In this document: positions 59,701 to 64,000 of the stretch, piece by piece | Layout of the letters: each line of letters begins with the position of its first letter | Position numbering within the stretch: the stretch's first letter is position 1 | From: Candidatus Woesearchaeota archaeon | GTDB lineage: Archaea; Nanobdellota; Nanobdellia; Woesearchaeales; SKIA01 | Reading direction: 5' to 3' | Assembly (NCBI GenBank): GCA_046704725.1 | Contig: JBJKRI010000006.1 | Span: forward strand, 32,001 to 96,000 | Length of the DNA stretch: 64,000 nt | Made by a program: the position numbers and the translations under genes | The notes under the pieces: model-generated | What the model was told of the DNA's origin: nothing | Database searches by the model: none | Seen by the model: only the letters and a program-made list of their open reading frames with translations

Positions 59701-62700
59701 AGTCGAGCCCGAGCCCCGCGCGGTAGGGGATGATGCAGAGCGTGACCCACGTCGCGCTCGAGATGTTGTACCAATCGACGTAGACGTTATTCGTGGACGA
59801 CTCCTTGTGGTAGATGTTGAGCGAGAGATTGGAGAGCGCCATGCCGGCGTACATCGTGGACGGAAAGGTCATATTCATCATGTCGAGCCCTGCGGTGCTC
59901 GCGACGATCTGCGCGTAAACGCCGTCCTTCTTCGTGACGTTCCCCAATTCGCTCTGGACGAACGTACCGCCTTGCCAGTACTCCGCCGTGGACGGGAGGA
60001 TGACCACGTGGATGATCTTCGTCGCGGAGTAACTGTTATTCGCGTACTCAGTGAAATTGAAGGTGTACGGCCCGGTGAGGGTATCGAGGCCGCTGGGGAC
60101 GGTCCAGTTGAAATTGAGGTCCCCGCTGCTGTTCGTCGTCGTGTTCGTCGGATAGCCGTTCTGCAGCTCCCCTTCCGGATTGGTCGCGTTGACTGTAACC
60201 GTAGCTCCCTTCGCCCAATGGCTCCCCGTGAACTCGACGAGCTGCGAGCGGTTGAAGTAATCGCCTACGATCTGTGTCTGCACGGTGGGAGAGCGCTTGG
60301 TCACTGTATAGTTGTTCGTTGCGTTGATAGCGGTATTGTTCCGCTGCCAGGCATACAGCGAATACAGCCCCAGCGGCGCGTAGTCGGCGATCGTGTAGTT
60401 CGTCTTGAATCCGCCCGTGCTGTTGGTCGTGACGTTGACCTGTGCGACGAACGACCCGCCCTTTGTGATGTTGATGCTGACGAGGGCGGAAGGATCATAG
60501 ATGTCCGTCCCGGATATCTGGACCGTCTCCCCCTGGACGTACGTGGTCTTGTCGAGCTCCAAAGAATACTTCGTGAAATTGTACGCGATACGATAGACGA
60601 GGTAGTCGGCGTCGGAGACGTGCTGCGTGTTCGGGTTGCCGCCGTTGCTGAAATCGATGCGGATGCGCGCGGTCGGGTTGGGACCGAAGAACTGCGAGCA
60701 GTTCCAGGACTCCGCGCCTGGGAGGACGGCGGTCGCGTTCTGCGAGCCCACCGACGTCGGCTCAGTCGTGCTATTGACGTTCACCCCGCTGACGATCGGG
60801 GTCCACACACCGTATCCAGGATCCACATAGATGCTGTAGCTGTTCCCTGTATTGTCGCCCCAGACCTGGTAGTCCACGGACACGCTGTGGATGACGTCGC
60901 ACTTGCGCAGCGGCATGCTCTCGTTGCCGTAGGTCGCGTTCATGCTGCCGTTGTAGTTCGTCTTGTGGTTGAAGGTCTCCTTGTTCGGGCTCGGCGGCGC
61001 CTCGTTGCAATAGGTCAGCTCCTTGTTGCACGCGGGAGTGCCGTTGTCATAGGTGCCGCTGCACGTCGACGTGCTGTAGTTGCCGCCGTTGGACTGGCAG
61101 TCCGCGTAGAACGGCGGGAGCACGAGGTCGCTGACCTCGACGAGCAACGGGTCGCCCGGCGTGAGCGTCACGCTGTACGGCTCGCCGGGAGTGAGCGCCA
61201 TGACCTCGACGAAGCCGCCGTTGCAGGTCTGCGTGCTGAAGTTATAGTCGGCGCACTTGAGCAATTCACTGCCCTTCGCGATCCTCGTGACGGTGTACGA
61301 CGTGTTGAACGACGGGTCGATCGCGTAGGCGTCGACCACCGCGCGGTCGGTGAATCGCTTCGCGCGGGAGGCCGGCACGGATTCGATCCCGAGCCCCATG
61401 GTCGCGGGGGACGCGCCGTGCACAGTGAGGTTCGATACCGGACCGTTCGGGAAGCTGAACTCGACATCATAAGTCCCGTTGTTCGCGCGCGCCTGAGACG
61501 GGAGCAGGCCGCTCTTGCGCAGATGGCCGTGCTGGCTCAAGGAGACGGTCGCGCGGACCTCCTGGCCGTGGCTGTCATACACGAGCAGTCCCTGCGGAGC
61601 GTGGGGCTGCACCGAGGGAGCGCCGAAGGGATTCGCGTACTCGTCCACGCGCAGGACGCGGAACGCATCAGCGACGACCACGCCGTCCGCCGCCGCGTCC
61701 GTGACCGTGACGGGGATAGAGGCGTTCATCCAGTAGCGCCCGAGATAGTCCCACTGCGCGGGCTGGCGCTGGTCATCGAGCACGGTGTCGTTGCCGATAC
61801 GGATGCGGGCGTTGCTCGCGAACGACGGGTCGCCGGGGTGCCAGACCTCGAGCTCGTAATACGCCGGCGCGGTGGCGAGGAAGAAGCGCATCTGGGACTG
61901 TCCGCGCCCCTGACCGAGGTCGGTGTGGTAGCCCGCGCCGTGGTAGCCGGGGACCTGCGTCCCAGCGTACCACGTCCCGATGGACTGCACGCCGGGATCG
62001 CCGTCGTCCACGACCCTGTACGGGTCGAACGTGGGTCCCGCTCCGGGAGAGAGGCCGGCGAGCAGGTCTGTGTTCGCCGGCAACGGCAGGGAGAACACGA
62101 TTTTCTCGGAACCGTTGGCGAGCGTGCCGACGACCGTTGAGGGTGCGACCTGGGTGTTGCCGGAAGCGTCCGGATACGTGATGCGCCACTCACCCTTGGG
62201 CACGATGGCCTTCACCGTGAAGCTCGCGTGGTCGATGTGCGCTTGCTCGCTCACGTGGATGGCCGCCCCCGGAGGCTGCCAGATGCGGAGGGTGCGCGCG
62301 TTGTCCTGCGGCAAGGAATCGTTGGCCTGAATGGCCACGCGCACCGACTGCGTGGCCGATGGGATGGTGATCGTCGCGTTCGACGCTCCGGGCGGCAAGG
62401 TCTGGCTCTGGCGCGACGTGTCATTGCCGGCCGCGGTCTGGTACGTCACGTCGAGCGCGACCTGGTGCGTGCGCACGTCATGGTTGAAGAAGGAGACGGT
62501 CACCGTCCGGCCGTCCGAGCGCATGGACGACACCTCAAGGTCGTCGGAGACGAACGACTGCTCGGGAGCGCCGACGATCAATGAGTCGTTGATGCGCAGC
62601 GTGGCGCCGCCTTGGGTGAGCACCCACGGGATCGCTGTGCTCTTCGCTCCGGGCGGCAGGAGGATGCGGGCCACGATCGTCACGCTCTTGCCCGGCGCGA

Positions 62701-64000
62701 TGACGCCGGTGTCCGGTATGCCGTCCAGATTCGTGTCCGTGAGGCGGTTGCCATTGCTGTCCTCGAGGAGCGCCGCGTACGGCCCGCCGATCGCGATGTC
62801 GATCGCGTGCGCGTGCTTCCAATCGACGTTGGTGATCGTGCGCGTGATGACGAGCTGGGTGTTGGGCAGTCCAGTGAGGTTCTGCGCCGGCGTGGCCTGT
62901 ATCGTGCTGTTGGGCGCGACGACCTCGATGGGAGTGACCGTGCCGAGCGCTTGCGCGAGGAGGAAATAGCGTCCCGGCGGAAGCAGAGGGGTCCAGGTCA
63001 TGTTCACGGCCGCCGGACGGCGCGCGACGACGGACAGATTCTCATCGAGCACGAGCAGCGCGCTCGTGTTGTCGAGCGAGATGGACAAGGGTTGTCCCTG
63101 CAGGACGGGTGTGAAGCGGTCGGGTGTGGCATTGGGGATCAGGCTTGCGGGGACGGCGGAGAGCACATCGTGGTCCTTGCTCGCGTAGTATATCTCTTGT
63201 CCAGACAATCGGAAGGTATCGATGCTCGCCCTCCGGTCGAAGCCGCCGCGCAATGCGTAGACCGTCCCGTTGTCGGTCGCCAGGCGGAAGGTCGCTTGCC
63301 AGTCGCCGCGCAGGAGCGCTCCATAGGGCGTGCGGTTGATGGTCGGCAGCGAGGGTGCGGGCATGCTGCTCTGGAGGACCGCCTCGAACGGTCCGGTGGA
63401 TTGCACGCTCGTGGGAGTGTTCGGCAGCGGCCTGCCGTCGAGCGTCGTGGCCGATTCGATCGTCGCGTTGCCGATCCGCGGCGCGACGAGGCCCGTGACA
63501 TTGCTGGTGACGAGCGCGTACCAACGCCCGGTCGCCACGTCGTAGCCGATGGTGGCCGGCACGGGCTGCGCTCCCTGGTCGAGGACGGTGACGTCCTGCG
63601 TGCGGGCCGGCGGTCCGGGCCACACGAGGGTCTGGTTCTGCGTGAAGGTCGTGGCTGAGCCGAGCGCGACGAGGCTCGTCCCTTTGACGAGGAGCGCTCC
63701 GCTCGTGTTCACTGGCGTGCCGCGAGAGACGTACACTGGCGGCAGGTGCTGCGCGGTGCGCACGAAGTCGTAGGAGAACGCGCTGGGCACGTGGATGAGC
63801 GCGACCTGGTCGCCCACGCCGCAGGCGAGCGCGCACGACGCGCACGTCACGGTGCAGACCGCTGTGGCGTTGCCGTCGGTGAGGGCTCCGGGGACGGGCG
63901 GCATGACGCGGACGTCGTAGGTGTGGTTGGTCGTGGCGTTGACGATGACGTGCGTCGCGTTCACCGTGACGGTGCCGTCGAAGCCGGGCTTTGCGACGAT
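44732..64000 (-). CDS. Giant (>6400 aa) surface/adhesin-like glycoprotein; 5' end lies beyond the window
   Basis: Frame open to base 64000; golvesin/Xly-type module (~61640-62020), Ig-like DxxAP domains, pectate-lyase-like beta-helix (~55150-56120), very dense NxS/T. Confidence 0.93.
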   Translation of the reverse strand: MVAKPGFDGTVTVNATHVIVNATTNHTYDVRVMPPVPGALTDGNATAVCTVTCASCALACGVGDQVALIHVPSAFSYDFVRTAQHLPPVYVSRGTPVNTSGALLVKGTSLVALGSATTFTQNQTLVWPGPPARTQDVTVLDQGAQPVPATIGYDVATGRWYALVTSNVTGLVAPRIGNATIESATTLDGRPLPNTPTSVQSTGPFEAVLQSSMPAPSLPTINRTPYGALLRGDWQATFRLATDNGTVYALRGGFDRRASIDTFRLSGQEIYYASKDHDVLSAVPASLIPNATPDRFTPVLQGQPLSISLDNTSALLVLDENLSVVARRPAAVNMTWTPLLPPGRYFLLAQALGTVTPIEVVAPNSTIQATPAQNLTGLPNTQLVITRTITNVDWKHAHAIDIAIGGPYAALLEDSNGNRLTDTNLDGIPDTGVIAPGKSVTIVARILLPPGAKSTAIPWVLTQGGATLRINDSLIVGAPEQSFVSDDLEVSSMRSDGRTVTVSFFNHDVRTHQVALDVTYQTAAGNDTSRQSQTLPPGASNATITIPSATQSVRVAIQANDSLPQDNARTLRIWQPPGAAIHVSEQAHIDHASFTVKAIVPKGEWRITYPDASGNTQVAPSTVVGTLANGSEKIVFSLPLPANTDLLAGLSPGAGPTFDPYRVVDDGDPGVQSIGTWYAGTQVPGYHGAGYHTDLGQGRGQSQMRFFLATAPAYYELEVWHPGDPSFASNARIRIGNDTVLDDQRQPAQWDYLGRYWMNASIPVTVTDAAADGVVVADAFRVLRVDEYANPFGAPSVQPHAPQGLLVYDSHGQEVRATVSLSQHGHLRKSGLLPSQARANNGTYDVEFSFPNGPVSNLTVHGASPATMGLGIESVPASRAKRFTDRAVVDAYAIDPSFNTSYTVTRIAKGSELLKCADYNFSTQTCNGGFVEVMALTPGEPYSVTLTPGDPLLVEVSDLVLPPFYADCQSNGGNYSTSTCSGTYDNGTPACNKELTYCNEAPPSPNKETFNHKTNYNGSMNATYGNESMPLRKCDVIHSVSVDYQVWGDNTGNSYSIYVDPGYGVWTPIVSGVNVNSTTEPTSVGSQNATAVLPGAESWNCSQFFGPNPTARIRIDFSNGGNPNTQHVSDADYLVYRIAYNFTKYSLELDKTTYVQGETVQISGTDIYDPSALVSINITKGGSFVAQVNVTTNSTGGFKTNYTIADYAPLGLYSLYAWQRNNTAINATNNYTVTKRSPTVQTQIVGDYFNRSQLVEFTGSHWAKGATVTVNATNPEGELQNGYPTNTTTNSSGDLNFNWTVPSGLDTLTGPYTFNFTEYANNSYSATKIIHVVILPSTAEYWQGGTFVQSELGNVTKKDGVYAQIVASTAGLDMMNMTFPSTMYAGMALSNLSLNIYHKESSTNNVYVDWYNISSATWVTLCIIPYRAGLGLDSCDITQAVNTSNYMNRVWLRLTDGNLWKNPQSPTYDYDIAFLSVNFTYPAPNVSLVSPPNNTWYNTASHALTYNATDGFFNISQCRVYVNGALVDTNSSFTVNTSDTYTHTFTQGNDTWYAACDDDSARYLTGTSATRNVLIDLTAPNSSITVPATNYTWYNTTTPSVNFTAQDNMASTLNWTLYVNGTQDSNGTMANATTHQQTLAAQPQGLRNITLEVWDQAYNYATNKTVLLYVDTTAPTVTPNTPVEGYNTSSTSVTFNWTASDNLDPYIGCDVYVDGALNTSASVVNGQTNATTVTGFTQGQHNWSVSCTDKAGNAASTVTRNFTVDTQAPTVLLENPANNTVVTTTRTIQLDYNVSDNLLPVPQCSLYINDTLNQTNTSITQGTTQSFWLTSVQNGNYSWNVECQDLVGNAANSTQRNVKEDVRVIPLPISGGSYVSRDGPGAGGWPAFIALQANLTDGAPGVLVNFTANLTDPLLGQTDVYLGQNTTNASGTATFWWNPSTSIHGGNWSWWPQSAGSDSLGSRTLDVLFNLTLAYQNATLDPGPDYNATQTVGLNFTVSSLGETASQLNSSYGVFVEADLHAPNTSSYFVDMNGSGNFSGTYVLPSDAPVGVWNVTAWTHVNSGFTDYTGAANTLLITRNFTVKGASDSMNPADGTVVDRDGYSASDPDVIPLVMRIPGAGAGYTVNFTANLTDPAFAGQNGLLLGSNTTNATGYATLWFNPNSSYYAGNYTWWGESVISFFNSTHTFIIKGAPALAPSSAVADPNAVYNQTDTVTLQYNASSQINKETQAQLGNNYSLTVEANYSPQSAASPMSNITLLYNGVNWSGTGTIGYTAPVGTWNLLANMTGPYTYLGTSSTTFVVHGLSNLTLSDTSASTIVPVYTLDNFTANYSDTSMQPIHTASSYCEARFNVSGGWTVYKNMTYDAARKLYWFNRSFNRTYAGAAFDVYCDDPLYASQNKTSTYTISRTTAAMNTANGTRVDRDSVSADPDTLLLNASIPSAPAGVTIDFYLNLTDPALGQTDLLLGSNTTDANGNAVYVWNPNATVYAGNVTVFANSTYADPSTTSDALVYGGLQQAFSYASVDPNASYYQQDVIAADVNLTSPGPETASQLNASYSASSNATHKGPSNSGTVGLVYNGTFWRNDTYQIPIGTISITTWNTTVASGATYFYPPTNISRSYIVYPLTVCINETGVCYKNVQTAVDAASAGQHVVIIDNRTYVENVTVNKDITITSNGTGLPTILGNDTSAITTNQPLRLARLNISIQGTAANQYGIKAANLNLTDSVVWTNVTGSGSSGVYASGTGHVTLRSVNLTGINATSLIGGYSSTVTLNDTRVLGTVASGGIELSNGVLSAHGLYINTTKTAINMPGGSKDLHNITVYGNNGVLLGSDANLTDSTINVSNTGVGANGNVTIKNSTIYGGNYGVNTYNTADQLFIIDSIVSAGGNVLFVNAGGTGTSVQNITVRNSSITPATTVFTGVNTGETAIVYYQHYLDVYVNNTLGSAVSGATVNATDALASQVFSVTTAANGSITRQNVTYATDENGTVTTLTNHTVSAGKTGYHDESRSVNMTQNQDISITLGDYMNVTTMSLAPSTIYAYQSTTASCTVSDQRTGSAVSGATVGFYRNGTSLGTNTTNSSGVLTLSFNVNATGSWLITCNVSDQPSSLLYAGNAPQRNATLTVDPFAIQPVSPVNGTSVDRDGVNATMPDVILLNVSVPSWVPNGVSISFLANRTAPFTGGPYTLGSNTTSGGNAVLYYNPNSSSYAGAYRWYGNSGTAGGPNGSRTYAEWGAFNLSFWNVSSYPNANYTQNETLHARFNLTSLGPESRSQLNSTYGGVVQLNVSSVNGQDTNTTSFVNPYWQGSYGLLVLAGVGNWNVSGNASASYFFPVSVSGRNTTVYGYMNVTSASLSRSTIYAYQSTVQSCEVRDQDTNVSAVGATVSFYRNGTLLGTNTTNSSGGVTYSFQTNVSGTYSVSCNVSDQLSIYYYAGNVPGRSTSLTVLPFPVTPVGPSNATAVDRDSGSASIPDVILLNVSVPSYVPNGVAITFTQNLTSPFAVGPTVIGSNTTSGGFAVLYYNPNSSTYAGIHSWWGGSTQASTNGTRTYVSYGTPSLVFWNATVDPDANYTQNQTMLVRFNYTSPGPESRSQLNSSYSGAVQLNVSSVNGKDTNTTSFVNPIWQGSYGLLALAGVGNWNITGNASASYFLNVSASIRNTTVYGYMNVTSASLASSTIYSYQSTAQSCAVHDEHTGVAVQGASVSFYRNGTLLGTNTTNSSGGVTFSFQTNTTGTYSVSCNVSDQPSIYYYAGNVPAQSSSLTVTPFPITIVSPVNGTAVDRDSGSASIPDVILLNVSVPSWVPNGVSISFLANRTTPFTGGPYTLGSNTTSGGNALLYYNPNSSSYAGAYLWYADSSAGIHNGTRTYLSYGTPSLTFWNVTVDPNANYTQNDTLHARFNLTSPGPESRSQLNSTYGGVVQLNVSSVNGQDTNVTSFVNPYWDGSYRLLALAGVGNWTVSGNASASYFLNVSASQRNTTIYGYMNVTSASLSPSTIYAYQPTAQTCEVRDQDTNVAVSGATVSFYRNSTLLGTNTTNSSGGVTYSFQTNVSGTYSVSCNVSDQFGIYYYAGNAPGKNATLTVLPFPVTPVSPSNTTTVDRDSGSATMPDVVLLNVSVPSYVPNGVAITFSQNLTSPFAVGPTTIGSNTTSGGHAVLYYNPNSSTYAGVHEWWGGSTQASTNGTRTYISYGTPSLKFWNVTVDPNANYTQNDTLYVLFNLTSPGPETRSQLNATYSGAVQLNVSSVNGNDTNTTIFVGPYWNGSYSLLALAGVGNWTVTGNASASYFFNVSASQRNTTVYGYMNVTSASLSASSAYAWQIVTQTCRVQDEHTGVAVAAANVSFYRNGTLLATNLTNSTGYATTSFTTSTTGTYAVSCNVSDQYSIYYLAGGQPSGNDTLSIIPFPITPVAPNNATGVDRDGVNATMTDVILLNVSVPSQVSDGVTITFYANRTAPFTGGPYTLGSNITLGGHAVLYYNPNSSSYAGAYRWYGDSGTAGDPNGTRTYDEYGGLNLTFWNASFYPAANYTQNGTLVARFNLTSLGPESRSQLNATYSGAVQLNVSSVNGNDTNTTTFFSPYWTGSYGLLALKGVGKWNVSGNASASYFFPASIANRNTTVYGYMNVTSASLSPSTIYSYQSTFQACAVRDEHTGVAIQGATVSFYRNSTLLGTNTTNSSGGVTYSFQTNVSGTYAVSCNVSDQLGIYYYAGDAPGQSASLTVLPFPVTPISPANATAVDRDSVNATMPDVVLLNVSVPSYVPNGVAITFSQNLTSPFAVGPTTIGSNTTIGGHAVLYYNPNATTYSGVHAWWAAGPDGGENGTRTYDEWGALNLTFWNSSTYPNANYTENGTLVARYNLTSLGPETRSELNASYGGAVQVNVSSVNGNDTNTTTFFSPYWTGSYGLLTLAGVGNWTVSGNASASYFFPASMAGRNTTVYGYMDVVASSTTPLSSFDYQYVTQTCLVNDQHTNAAVQGAIVSFYRNSTLLGTNTTNSMGSASFSFQTNSSGTYKVTCNVSDQPSIYYLAGNTPGQSAFITVYPFPVTPVSPSNATAVDRDSGSASIPDVILLNISVPSYVPDGVNITFSQNLTSPFAVGPTTIGTNTTVGGHAVLYYNPNSTTYAGVHSWWGSGADGGINGTRTYTSYGTPSLVFWNATADPNKNYTQNQTMRVRFNYTSPGPETRSQLNASYSGVVQMNVSSVNGNDTNTTTFLDPYWQGSYSLLALAGVGNWTVSGNASASYFLNVSASQRNTTIYGYMNVTSASLASSTIYAFQSTAQSCEVRDQDTNVSVAGATVLFYRNSTLLGTNTTNSSGGVTYSFQTNTTGSYSVSCNVSDQLGIYYYAGNAPGQNASLTVLPFPITPVSPSNSTQVDRDSASASMPDSILLNVSVPSWVPDGVTVTFGANTSTPVSQGPLTLGSNTTSGGYAVLTYDPSSTVRAGHWVWDATSAQGSSNGSRTYDVYGALHLVFNSSAQDPASTYDQNGTATAALNLTTVGPETRDQLNGSYLGSVNVTYVSVNGQSVSNASYTSPYWLDTFNLLDLSGVGVWNVSANATADYMIATGVANKNFTVYGYANITNATLVSSSIPVFSNATLQCRLQDEHTNASVPGAQVAFYWNGTLQGNATTNATGWAQRSFAINTQGTFNVTCVFVSQPAIYYKAGDAPNATTQVTVTPYYIDSASPTNGTVVDRDSVSSDPDVVRLVAQASSSIPARNFTFYANLTSPSLGVGVIEIGKNQTNSSGAAVLYWNPNGTVYAGTHSWWANDSGAGLANNTRTVDVKGGLNVSFQSATLDPNAEYNQTQTADINATLASLGPETGAEINASYLASMNTTLMPPTTASSIAQMLYGGTIWNGSHTFSLTAEVGDWVALVNVSANHFYVDTTNRSFVLIGLSNLTLSDQSDFGIKRVYQNFTFYANYSDSANTPINTSNTTCEIRFNDTGSFGAYANMTYDAGTGLYVYWTNFSNDGNFTDNVYCSDKYYVPQNVSDTFIVNKTAINDLSPANDTAVDRDNASATMNDTVKLVVNMDHAVAGVLVNFTLMNRLDPSGSAGILIGQNTTIAGGNTTLYWNPNSTVAAGLYEWGAYADKAAPNRTRTIAVYGSLNVTYFNSSDPNAQYNQTNNATFLVNITTPGPESAGALDSSYNLSADDVLIEPYTGNISVPLALTGTMWNGSYVFPSTVDPGIWNTSVNVSAAYFFNTTVPLRSFALWGISNLSAFDEQDLYGYLTYVGQDAFHFANWTAPSGAPITTGTCTLTRYDGSNVSMTYDSSLKLWSANSPYYIEGIARYNITCGKLYFWNMTAQNNITIQSLVNLSTSYELRNLSADEWQVLLNVTNLQNYTQQNVSLYSLVHDGLTGSYNLTPVSSSTVTGADPGLAVRWHFDNLTAGQTAQVAMNVTGSGDWYPDALLGVSSPTYSTVVYG
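45050..58400 (-). repeat. Intragenic tandem repeats, ~955 bp (~318 aa), 13 VDRD-type units
   Basis: VDRD/VSRD motif near 58372, 57700, 56730, 54570, 53612, 52658, 51703, 50750, 49793, 48838, 47884, 46930 and 45970. Confidence 0.9.

Noticed and set aside
47681-62140. Long plus-strand ORFs (806, 594 and 1212 aa) and similar antisense ORFs throughout the window
   Set aside because: Arg/Val-rich shadow frames caused by high GC3 on the opposite coding strand

Overview
GC-rich archaeal chromosomal segment, most consistent with a DPANN (Woesearchaeota-like) genome. This is inferred from archaeal uS15, Taw1 and tRNAs lacking encoded CCA, TATA boxes ~25-30 nt before mostly leaderless starts, and many bacterial-type transporters. 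About 55 CDS lie in 1-44.7 kb. They include a copper/thiol cluster (DsbA, CopA, ArsR, rhodanese, two proteins ending LPQQVGxC, two membrane-anchored wHTH paralogs, a stand-alone CuA lipoprotein) and three tRNAs: Gln-TTG, Lys-CTT, and a Gln-CTG with a D-loop intron and C33. A free-standing HTH-LAGLIDADG gene has its stop codon inside that intron-containing tRNA. Also present are a two-gene (split) homolog of eukaryotic OGFOD1/Tpa1 next to SET and PIMT methyltransferases, a GcrA-like HTH + methyltransferase-fold operon sharing an upstream palindrome with two other orphan genes, and rps15 with a structured leader. The last 19.3 kb is the 3' part of a >6400-aa surface protein built from ~955-bp repeats with mosaic, strand-biased synonymous divergence. 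All assignments come from motif recognition by eye; no searches were run.
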